This document shows, one piece after another, positions 27,009 to 38,598 of a stretch of DNA of 64,000 bases; positions within the stretch are counted from its first letter, which is position 1; every line of letters begins with the position of its first letter. Origin of the DNA: Trichosphaerium sp. ATCC 40318 (lineage: Eukaryota > Protista > Tubulinea); assembly GCA_038496445.1 (NCBI GenBank), contig JALMLS010000033.1, positions 24,676 to 88,675 on the forward strand, read 5' to 3'. Both the position numbers and the translations under genes were made by a program. The notes under the pieces were generated by a model that was given only the letters and a program-made list of their open reading frames with translations, was not told the DNA's origin and did not search any database.

Positions 27009-29302
27009 TCAATTTTTTTCGTCCATTGTAATGCCGGTCGTCCTCTGTTTTGGTGGTTGCCAGTATACTGCTATTACTACAGTAGATAATAGTATGCAAA
27101 TAAATCCATTGATAAGAGACATAAGTGACCATTGTGGTAGTCCTGAGATTATAACTTGGCGTTCTTGTTGAGGTGAAAAAACAGGTAACATTGCAATCAA
27201 CATTATAGGCATCAAAGCTAAAAGAGGGTAATGTAATATTCCTTTTTTGATTCTCTGGTATTCTAATAGTGATAAAGGGCCAAAGCTGTCTTGAATCAAT
27301 TCTGGCGCATCACTTGACATTGTCGTCTAAACGAGTTCAATATGAAAAACAATTTCATTCGATAAACTAAGTTATATTACCATATCTATCGAACTTGCTG
27401 TCTTCCTCTGGTATGCTTTTCGTACTATATTTACAGTGAAGAATACAATGGTGTTGGCAATAAAAGCATACAGCCCTATGTCCACACCGTAAAATCGAGA
27501 AAAACCAGATATTGCAAGAGCTATAAGAATCACCATTCCAACGATAATCCCGCTTAAAACCTCGGTTGATTTTACCTCTAATACATGTTATTATAGACGA
27601 ATTTCTACTAAGGGTGGTACCGAAAGAAGGGAATACTAGAGGTAAGAATAGACCCATAAAAAGCTGTGCTGTAATACCACCTTGTATAACGAAAAGAGTT
27701 GTTAAATTAATATTCCAAAAAAGACTGACGGCCATACAACCGAATAACAATAGCGCATTTGATACTCTTCCAATGATAAGCGCCTTTTTATCTGATATAG
27801 AAGGCCAGATCAAACCCTAGAAACATATAAGCGCCATAACAAAGCTCGCACGTGCCTTTACAATGTCCGTTATAAATATGTATCCAACAGACATTAAAGC
27901 TGAGTCTAAAGAAGACATAACAGCAGCAATTAAAATAGATGTAAAAATACTAACAATCCAATAGTAAGCGCCATGAAGGTCAAGTAAGTCTCTGAAAACA
28001 AGAGAAATAACTTGATCAGAATCTTCTTGTTTCAATAAAGGGTATCGTAAAATAGCTTGTACTCCAAGTAATACTGAAGGTATATGTCTAAAGTACGTTG
28101 TCCACAATCCTATTTAAAATAAATAATCACACGTGATTGTCACGTGAAAACGACTTACCGATGATGTAAACGTTTTTAACTACTTGTTCGTCTCTCGCTG
28201 CTATGATTCGTTGTATGGCTGGTGCGTTGAATCCAGCAAGGGATGTGATGATAATAAAAGAAGCCCAACTTACTAAGGAGTTGTTATTACTCTGAAATAC
28301 AACAATGCCTAAAACTACCTGTATTTTCTATTGTTGGTGTTGAAGTGTATACTTCATTAGTTTCATTCAAGGACTCTACAGCTTTCCCAATACCACCAAA
28401 AGTGTATCCTACTACAAAATACAAAAATATACCGCCGAGGATAAGCATGGAGCCCTTGAAATAAGAGTTATAAAGCATTATTATTTTACAACTCGCACCT
28501 GTATTAAGTCTGTCAATACCACTGAACGGAAGCCACCAATGCTCTCATAAATCAATACTATGATAACAAGAAAGGAAGCACCCCAAACGGCTGGAACGCC
28601 TATAAGTCCCTCGTAACACAACTTTACAAACTGATAACTAAGCATACAATACCTCTACAAAATCTCCCATGGCTTTACATTGAGACAAGACTTGTACACT
28701 TCCATAAGCAATCCACGTTAGGCTGTATACCAAAGCTAATATCTTTGAATCGTAGCTGCAAATGGTCAGACTTTCAAAAGAAACGAAGAATCGTACAGGT
28801 AGATAATAAGGTCGCTGGGCGCTAAGAACTTCTTTTGTCTGACAAGTCTAAAAAGTTGAGGAGCCCACATTGCGCCAATCAAGAAAATGCCAATGTCGAC
28901 TTGAGACCACCTAAGAGCAACAAAACCTAAGTGATGAGTGAACACGAACTACTGAAAAATACATTTCAAATCATAGACCTGTACGTCACGTGATATTTTT
29001 TTTTTGTCTTTAATTTTTTACCCTGACGCTTACCTGTACGAAAAGCATCGCCGGGAATACCAACATAATTGTATCCAGACGTCAAAAAAGATAATAGCGT
29101 AAAAGCTAGAACAACGTTTCCCAAATTTTGACCTGCCAAGTAGTAATCGCCTAGAAGGAACCAATTTAAACCAATGTTAAGTTAAAAATGTACCTAGCGT
29201 TTGTTGCCTTGCGTATAAGCGCCCATATAGCGCTATACCGATTATGAACAATAAATATATGCCCAAGCAAACGTAGACGCCATAACCTAAGTCCAGAACC
29301 AT
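27009..29302 (-). CDS. Sodium:solute symporter (SSS family, PanF/PutP-like) with an extra C-terminal two-TM module
   Basis: DYYLAGQNLG, SGYNYVGIPGDAFR, GGFRSVVLTDLIQG, AAVMSSLDSALMS and multiple TM segments. Confidence 0.88.
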
Positions 29303-29433
29303 TTTAAATGCTGTCAAGGAAAGTCGTCTCTATTCAATATTGTTTAAAAATGTATGTAGCCCCACTGCGTAACTACAAGATTGTAAGTCTTCCTTCATTA
29401 GTTATACAAAGCTATGTCTTTTTATTAACTTTA

Positions 29434-30230
29434 TTACAACGAGCAAGCCCATGCTATTGCATCAACATGTACAGCAAAGTCAAATGAAATTAGCTCTGTA
29501 AAAGTTTTCTTCTTATTGCACTCCCATAGCCATCCTATAAACTGTCTTCGTTGTAGGATATTGTGTACTTCTTTATTTAATTGCAGTAGAATCGACATCT
29601 CAGATTCTTTCAGTTTAAACCGCCATGAATGTCCTCTCTTGGGTGTATCAAGGAAAGTTATCCATCTGACAAAGTAAGTATTTTTTTGGTTTCTATTGCA
29701 TTGATTTTTCGAAAACAAATTCGCATCATCAGAGGTACCTTGATAGTAACCTTTCGGGACTCTGTCGCTCTGACGTTTAGTGTATTTTTCTGGACACGAA
29801 GAGAAATATCCACAGACAACATAAATGAATCGTGATTACTAATAAACCGTTACAAAATTCCTGCCGTACACTACAAGATAGAGTGTTTCTTTGTTGTCAC
29901 ATATTGGTATAACGCGTAGCTGAAGATTGATAGATGTAACTAACGCATACCCTATGGCATTGTATTTTTACCAAAAAACTTCTGCAGCTTTGGGTCATAG
30001 TCCAACGAAAAGAGGGAGAACGGATCCTAGCGTTACAAACCAAATAAAATTAAAGAAAAATCAAAAAGTGAATTTTACGTACAACACTCTTTTCTATGTG
30101 ACTATTAATATCTCTTGTAGAATTATCAGATGAGCTCAGATTGGCATGGAAAGAGAACACTAATACAGTTTGTATTCAATACAGTACAAAATTGAGGCTC
30201 TAGCGGCGTAGTCGTTGTAAAACTAGTCAT
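29434..30230 (-). pseudogene. Frameshifted paralogue of the orphan gene at 32792-33757
   Basis: Shares PQFCTVLN, DPFSLF.LDY.P.LQK.FGK, SNHDSFMLSV and FDFAV.VDA.AWACSL-stop. A 1-nt frameshift at about 29952 creates TAG, and there is a second frame break near 30140. Confidence 0.6.
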
Positions 30231-30421
30231 GACAGAATTATTTACAAAGCACGTGTCTAAAAGCTGACTTAAATAGATATTGTTTACTTAGTTCAGTTAA
30301 ATACACAGTGTTGAACGACAACGTAATGACTTATTCAAAGCGTTGCATTCCATGAGTTCATAGGAAATGAGAACAAATCAAGAATCAATACATATTGTAG
30401 CTATTTGACCGACTGTGGGTA

Positions 30422-32364
30422 CTAATTGAATGATTCAAATATTACAGTAAGGTCTGGATTCGATTCATTAAGAAAGTTTCCATGGTAAGTAGCACGAATA
30501 TCAGATGGATCTTCATTCTGGTCTACGAAAAGAATCGTCAAAGAAAACAAAACTGAAACCTTGCAACTAGTATGCATGCTATGTTAATGCGTACCTGGGG
30601 GCTTTGTTATTTTAAAGCGTCTCACGATACTACTAATCATTACGACAAGCTCTGTCAGTGCAAGGTTCTGACCAATACAGTTTCTTGGACCAGCACTGAA
30701 TGGAATCCAAGAAAAAGAGCTTGCGTCGTTGTTAATAAATCTATCTGGATTGAATATATTTGGGTTTTCCCTGTGAGTTAACAGTTAAATAAAACCTCAA
30801 GTATTACACCACATACCATAGTTCTGGGTCACGCATCACAAAGAATATTGTCAGCAGAACGTTTTGACCGGAACTTATTGTTGTATTTCCCACGGTAAGG
30901 TCTTTGTTTAGAGCACGTGGTAAATTGATGACAGGTGGATACATTCTCAGAGTCTCCCTGTGATAAATAAAATTTAGGTTCTGACCAATATAAAGAGAGC
31001 GTACTTGATGAATGCTTTTGTGTACTTGAACTCATGAAGTTGTTGCTTTGTTGATATTGTTTCACCATCACCTTATTTGTTCATTTAGTTCATTGTCATT
31101 GGCTGGAATTGTACATACTTAGTAGGTCATTCGCCTCTTGTTTTAGTTTTTCTTGAATTTCTGGATACCTTGACATGACGTACAGTGCCCAAGCAAGTGT
31201 GATAGATGTCTAGGTTCGTATTAATAGTAAAACTGGTATGTGACATACTGTGTCAAATCCTGCAAAGAAAAATAACAGAGCTTCATTTGCTATTGTAGCA
31301 TCTGTAAGAATATCTGGATTGTCAGATTGTGCCAACAACATCAGAGTTATCAAGTCATCACAAGGATTTCCTTCGTTAATGCGTCTACGTCTGTCATCAA
31401 TAGCAGCAAATAACTTACCAAGAAGTTCAGCTTTGAGTTGACCATACTGTCTACAGACTTGTTTAGCAAGAAAGTGGAATAAAACACGAATCTCGTACTT
31501 GTATTCAAAGAGGCCAGCTGAGAGCAACTTGTACTTAAGATGTGTACCTAATGATTTCAAGAGTTTAGGGAAGTGATTCGCCAACCAGACATGATCGAAA
31601 TCGCCACCAAATATCAAAGAAACAATGATACGCATTGTTATCAGTGACGTTTCTTTCTTTGGTGTTGCTTCAAATTTACCATTTTTCATTTTCTTTTCAA
31701 TATCGTCTAAACCCTTCGCTGTCATCTCTGATATCATTGGAATCATCGCTTTCAATGATTTAAAGTGAAACACGGGTGTCAGTAATCTCCTACGGGCCTT
31801 CCAAACATCATCTGTTTGCATAGTTACAAGACCATCTCCAAACATGTCTCCGATCTACACAAAAAGTAAGTCTGACATTGTTATTTTGACCGAGAAAAAA
31901 ATGTCGTTTCGTGATGCCGTTTGGTTTGCACGTGATAAACATGACGTACAAGTTTATAATTTGCCAGATTCTTAGGCACGTTATCGCGTAATAAGAGCTG
32001 TTTAATTATACTACTATCGCTGACGCTGATAATATAGTGACCACTGACGGGGTGAATGCCCATTACTGTCACTTTATGGAGTTTGTTCTCTTTTGTCTTT
32101 GGCCATTTAATAATTCGGTTTACATAATATCTTTGTGGTATTAGTTCTGTAGTACTTGTGAAGTGTAAAAACATCTACAACGTACGTTTTAGGATCAGTA
32201 CCAAAACTCCAAGGGAATATTAAAGCGTTAGGATGCCGTGGTAGTCCAAGGTACCAGAATTTAACTTTTAGAAAACTGACAGCCTTCTTGCCATACACAC
32301 GTAAGAAAGCTGCAATAAGCGCTAACACGACGACAATTAAAATGAGTACAGCTGATGTGTCCAT
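30422..32364 (-). CDS. Cytochrome P450, copy 1
   Basis: N-terminal TM anchor, WKARRRLLTPVFH, FFAGFDTTS, KETLRMYPP, FNPDRF and the heme motif FSAGPRNCIG. Exons splice without stops. Confidence 0.95.
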
Positions 32365-32791
32365 CTGATAAGGAGTAATAATAATTGGGGTTGTTAAAAA
32401 GTAACTAATTTTTCTTTATCTCAATCCTGCGAAATTTATGTTGAGGTTTCTTATGCAACGCGAGAATTCAAATGACAATCCCAACAGTACAATAACAAAC
32501 AACCGTAAACAGTTTAAAACTATCTTGCTACATACTGTTAAAGGCCGTTGTATTTCGCATGAAAAGCAATGAGGTTGTTCACGTGATCTTTGATAACTGT
32601 CAAAGTTTATTACATAACTACAAAGGATTAGAGCTCTTTTTAAAGTAACTTTGGCAAAACACAACCTCTCACAAGACATTCACGTAGATGTCTTCTGGTT
32701 AAAAGAATAAACTGCCTATTTCAGAAAACGTTGTTCGTACTTCTCCAGCTTTGTTTAGCACAACCATACTTCGAGTGGTTTAAGTTATTTA

Positions 32792-33757
32792 TTACAATGA
32801 GCAAGCCCATGCTACAGCGTCAACATTTACAGCAAAGTCAAAAGAATTAAGCTCAATGTATGACACCTCATCGGTACATTTCCATTTCCACGCGACACAA
32901 TGTCTTTCATTTAGTACACGGCGTACTTCTTGGTTTACTTCCCACCAACGCGATTTCTCAGATTCTTTTAACGAAAACCGCCATGAAAGGCCTTTCTTGC
33001 GCGTATCAAGCATGTTAACCCATCTAGAAAGCAAAAGTAAGCACATCAACATTCTTTTTTTGGTTCAGTGTTAACAGACGAAAAGTCGATCTTTTTTTTT
33101 TTTAACAGCTTATAACATACCTAGATATTGACCTATACGTGCTGTACGCGTTTATAGGTCTCTTAGTTTTCTCCGAGCAGAATATAGCTACTGAAAGCAT
33201 GAATGAGTCGTGGTTACTACCAAGTGTAAGTATAACACGTGTAACAATCAAGGTAAAAAACAAATGGCCCCAATCTTATTTTTTAGCAACGTACACAACT
33301 TGATAAAAACTTCCTTCCTGACTATCCACAGGTATAACGCCTAGCTTTAGAGATATTGTCATAGCCAAGGCATATAATACAGGTCTTGTTGATTTACCGA
33401 AGACTTTCTGTAGCATTGGTTCATAGTCTAAAAAGAAGAGGGAGAACGGATCCTTTATGAAAAAATTAGTAAAAAAAATATCTGATAAAATGGTGCTCCT
33501 TTTGCTCTTTGTAAACAGCGTACCGCGCTCTCATTACTTTTTTCTCCATTGTCGTCTTTGTTACCATTCAGAGCGAAGCTCACCTCTTTGTAACTGGGTA
33601 CGCCAATGTTATTATTGTTTAGGACTGTACAAAACTTTGGGGTGACTGGTATCATGTGATCAATGCAGATTTTCTTAGTGAACTCTTTGCTGTTGGCGAA
33701 GCTGATAGAATTGCCTTTGAAGTGATTACGCAATGTGAATCCACCTGAGCGCATCAT
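32792..33757 (-). CDS. Hypothetical multi-exon protein, unrecognised family
   Basis: Splice-compatible exons with amino-acid-level conservation against the paralogue at 29434-30230. The start is uncertain. Confidence 0.6.
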
Positions 33758-35394
33758 GAATTAGTTTGACATGACGCGTCATCGTAATGTGAATTTAAAG
33801 ACGCTGTCACGTGCCTAAGCCTTTTTTTGTGCAGGATGGGCGGTTTGTTTGCTTTTTTTTTTCACCTTTTATCGAGATGCGAAGGAGGTTGCGCAGAGAC
33901 GTCAATACTCGTATGCGGCCGGACTAGAAGTGGTTTTAGCTAACAAGTTGTTTTTTTGTGTTTCTTCTTTATTTCAAGAGTTAAACACGTGCCGTAGTGG
34001 GTAGCGAAGTTTGGGTGTTGATTTATCCGGTTGATATTGGTAGAAGTAGTAGAAACAAGTGAGGCAATGTAGGTCCATGTTGTGAGTGTATGAGTCGCGT
34101 TGGTGGGAAGTATACCAAGAGCGAAAAGTACAGAAACTAGCCGCGCTAGTATTGCAAGGATTAAATCATACAAAGGCGTCTCCAGACTGGAGAATCACCT
34201 CTCTACCCTATAGTAAAACATTAGAAAGCGCGCTTCACACAAACTGTTAAAGTTAGTATTGTACCTTGTTGCAATACCTGTGAAGAGGGAGTAGTGGCAA
34301 TATTGATATTTAACTAAGAATTTGATGTCAAAGGAGATCCAAATTGTCAACACTCGTCATGTCGCGGCGGTCCACTAACCGTACGGCACTATGAATAGCT
34401 CTAGTACCAAGGAGTCGCTAATAAGCATCAATAGCAACAAACGCAGGTATGGTAGTGACTGTCGTGTTTAATGCTAGGTGGCTATTGAGTGCTACCCGCT
34501 TTTGTTTAAGATTTTGATAACACTAAGTTATTTTGCTTCATGGGTTCGCCATCACAGGTCTTTCTGCGCATTCTGTGCCAACAAAATTATAAGTACCGGT
34601 TGAAAAGGAGTGTTTGTAATCACGTGATGTTGAACAGTTTTTTCAGAATTATTTAAATGTCACTTGTTAAGTTTTGACTGATATTAGGTACCTAAGGAGT
34701 TTATTACGAGATGATGTATGCTACGGGATTTGTCTGCGGACACTTATCGAAACCAAACACAATTTTTTTAAACTCCGTTACAAGTACCGAAAACGGGTCA
34801 AATCGTCTTTATCTAAGATAAGAATAATACTTGAATATTAGTTCTCAACAAGAACGGGAAACCATTATAGAACACAAGCTGGAACAATTAGGACTATTTT
34901 TATTTTGCTACTGACTAACTGTTTTAGGGGATCATACCATTTTAACCTATAATCTAAAGTTCTTGCGTTGACGGAATATATGACTTTATTTAGTGCACAA
35001 CAGCTGAATTGTAAATAAACTCCTCGTTCGCAATTTGAGTACAGAAGCAGTAGCAACGTATATAAAAACAGAGCCATTACCATCAATAGAAAATAATATC
35101 ATCGGTGATTTGTCTATTGGCTACCAAACAGTCATTTCCAACATTCCAAAAATAGTTTTTTACTACATGTTCTCCATCTGCAACGAAGGAGGTTTCTGAG
35201 CTACGGACATAAACTTAGGAGCTCTGGCAAGTGGCCATAATTACGTTCACGTTAGAACATCTAAGTTTCTTGAATATAATTGTCTCCGCCTTAATGCTTA
35301 ATGGATCCATACTATGCAATGTTCAATATTATTACAGTTGGAAGCTAACAATTTATTTACAGAATAAACTTATGTACACCATATTCGGACCTTA

Positions 35395-37320
35395 TTAATT
35401 GATTGGTTCGAATAGTACCGTAAGGTCTGGATTTGGTTCAGTAAGAAATTTACCATGGTAAGTAGCACGAAAATCTGATGGATCTTCATTCTGGTCTACG
35501 AAAAGAAACGTCAGAGACAACAAAAATAAAGTTTTCAAGTTTAAATTGAATAATTACCTGAAGGCTTTGTTATGTTAAAGCGTCTCACAACACTGCTAAT
35601 CAATATAACGAGCTCTGTTGTTGCAAGGTTCTGGCCAATACAGTTTCTTGGACCAGCACTGAATGGAATCCAAGAAAAAGAGCTTGCGCCTGTTGTAATA
35701 AATCTATCTGGATTGAATGTATTTGGGTTTTCCCTGTGAGTTAACAGTTAACTAAAACCTCAAACAATACACCACATACCATAGTTCTGGGTCACGCATC
35801 ACAAAGAATATGGTCAGAAGGACGTTTTGGCCTGCCTTTAGATTTGTATTGCCCAACATTGTGTCTTTATTTAGAGCACGTGGTAAATTGATGACAGGTG
35901 GATACATTCTCAGAGTCTCCCTGTGATAAATAAGATTTAGGTTCTGTGGGGTTTTAAAGAGAACATACTTGATAAATGCCTTGGTGTACTTGAACTCAGT
36001 AAGTTGTTGCTTTGTTGATATTGTTTCACCATCACCTTATATGTTCATTTAGTTCATTGTTACTGGCTGGAATTGTACATACTTAGTAGGTCATTCGCCT
36101 CTTGTCTTAGTTTTTCTTGAATTTCTGGATACCTTGACATGACGTACAGTGCCCAAGCAAGTGTAATAGATGTCTAGGTTCGTATTAATACTACAACTTG
36201 ATAAAATGACATACTGTGTCAAATCCTGCAAAGAAGAATAACAGAGCTTCATTTGCTATTGTAGCATCTGTAAGAATATCTGGATTATCAGATTGTGCCA
36301 ACAACATCAGAGTTATCAAGTCATCACAAGGATTTCCTTCCTTAATGCGTCTACGTCTATCTTTGATAGCAACATACAACTTGTCCATTAATTCAGCTTT
36401 AAGCTCACCAAACTTTCTAAACACCTTTGTCAGATGTTAAGCTATATAAACGAATTGTACTTGTAGTTGTAAGCCCACCGAAGAGTAAATTATATTGAAG
36501 ATGCGTGGCCAACGACCTCAAGAGTTTAGGGAAGTGATTCGCCAACCAGACATGATCGAAATCGCCACCAAATATCAAAGAAACAATGATACGCATTGTT
36601 ATCAGCGATGTTTCTTTCTTTGGTGTTGCTTCAAATTTACCATTTTTCATTTTCTTTTCAATATCATCTAAACCCTTTGCTGTCATCTCTGATATCATTG
36701 GAATCATCGCTTTCAATGATTTAAAGTGAAACACAGGTGTCAGTAATCTCCTTCGGGTTTTCCAAACAGCATCTGTTTGCATAGTTACGAGGCCATCTCC
36801 AAAAAGTGTTCCAATCTAAAATCACGTTCGTCAAAAAAAACAGGAAAAAATTATCCAAAAATAAAAGTATGATCACGTGATAAGGAAAAACAGTTGAAGA
36901 TTTGCAGGTGGGAACAACGTACAAGTTTATAATTATCCATGTTCTTAGGTGCGTTATCACGCATTAAAAGCTGTTTAATCATACCACTATCGCTAATACC
37001 AATATTGAAGTCACCATTGATTGGATGGATATCCAACACAGCTAATTTATGGAGTTTATTGTCTTTGTCTTTGGCCAACGAGAAATACGGTTTACATAAT
37101 ATCTAGCTTGTATTAGTTTACTGGTAACATAAACATCTACAACGTACGTTTTAGGATCTGTACCAAAGCTCCAAGGGAACGCCAACGCGTCTGGATGGCG
37201 TGGAAGTCCAGGGTACATGAATTGAACCTTTAGAAAGCTTATAACCTTCTTGCCGTACACACGAAAGAAAGCTATAACGAAGAGTACTATGACAAGCAGT
37301 ATGAGTGTAGTTGTGGCCAT
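35395..37320 (-). CDS. Cytochrome P450, copy 2
   Basis: Same intron positions and motifs as copy 1 (FAGFDT, ETLR, PDRF, FSAGPRNCIG). Stop TAA at 35395-35397. Confidence 0.95.
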
Positions 37321-37876
37321 GTTGTGTGGGATAATACGATTTTAATTAGCAAGCTATCGTCACACTTGGAATTATACCGAGATTTCACAGTAAATTATTT
37401 TACCGGTAAATAGAAAGATAGCCCTAGATATTAAAAGTTCCGGCAAAAATAATTTGCCGTAAAAAGTTCACGCGATCAAAACATGTTTGCTTTTTTTTCA
37501 GATAATCACAAGCTAGCTTCAGATTGTACTGTTGTACAGATAGCGCTAGATAGACGATTTCATTTCGGTCCGGTGATTTGTAGTGTTAGATCCTACCATA
37601 CGACTCAACGTACACAGTATATTTTGTAGTTCACAGTTTTATCATTGCAGGATGAGAGATGAAGTTTTATTTTAAGCTATAATTTATTGAACTTGTTTTT
37701 CTATAACATCTCTCTAGTTGTGAGCAAAAAAACAGAAAATGTATCCTCTATGCTAGAGTTTGTTTTAGTGATTTGTTTTGTGATACAAACACGATTTTAT
37801 TAAAGCGCTTAGGCATCTCAATAGGAAGCCTTTTGAAGTGACATTAACAAGCAGAGCTTCTTCGCCTCTTGTTTCT

Positions 37877-38333
37877 AGCTCAGTTGGTTGAGCGCACGGC
37901 TCTCAACTGTACAGTTGGTGTCTCACACTCATTTTTGTATGTACATACATCACAGGTTTATGTACAGCCAATTGGTGAAACAAAATCCGAAGATTCTTTG
38001 CAGCAATTGGTTTTCTAGTTCATTTTCTACCAGGATTTAGAGCCTCCTTTTGATGCTTGTAGCATTATTCTATGCACTACTTCTTGTTTTAAACAAAGTA
38101 CGCAGGTAACATATAAGAAAAAAGGGCTAATAGAAGTCAATTAAGTTGCGACTTGGTGACTACCTGATACTAATGGCTTGAGTCGCAAAGTCGGTCAGTT
38201 GCATAACATCACTAATTACCTACGGCCACAATCGGCTGTACATAACCTGTGATGTATGTACATACAAAAATGAGTGTGAGACACCAACTGTACAGTTGAG
38301 AGCCGTGCGCTCAACCAACTGAGCTCAGTTGGT
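37877..38333. mobile_element. Foldback / MITE-like element with about 98-bp inverted arms headed by tRNA-Lys-derived sequence
   Basis: 37877-37974 is the reverse complement of 38229-38325 with 1 mismatch and 1 indel. Arms begin AGCTCAGTTGGTTGAGCGCACGGCTCTCAACTGTACAGT versus tRNA AGCTCAGTTGGTAGAGCGTACGGCTCTTAACCGTACGGT. Mobility is inferred. Confidence 0.6.
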
Positions 38334-38598
38334 AATCAGATTTGATCTGATAGGATGTTACTAACAGGAGGTTGTCTCGAAAATTTGTAATGAATCAACA
38401 ATATCAGAAATAGATTGTCATGTATTGAGTAAAGTCAGTCAACTAGACTTGTTTAGAATCACTTATAGATTCCACAAGAAAGTGTTAAACATATATTAGC
38501 ATTTTTAAGTAAGGGTTATTATATTTTACATTATTTAAAGCACAAAAGAAAGGAGTTATAGGTGATAAAAGATTTTTTTTCTTTCTTTTTTTTTTTCG

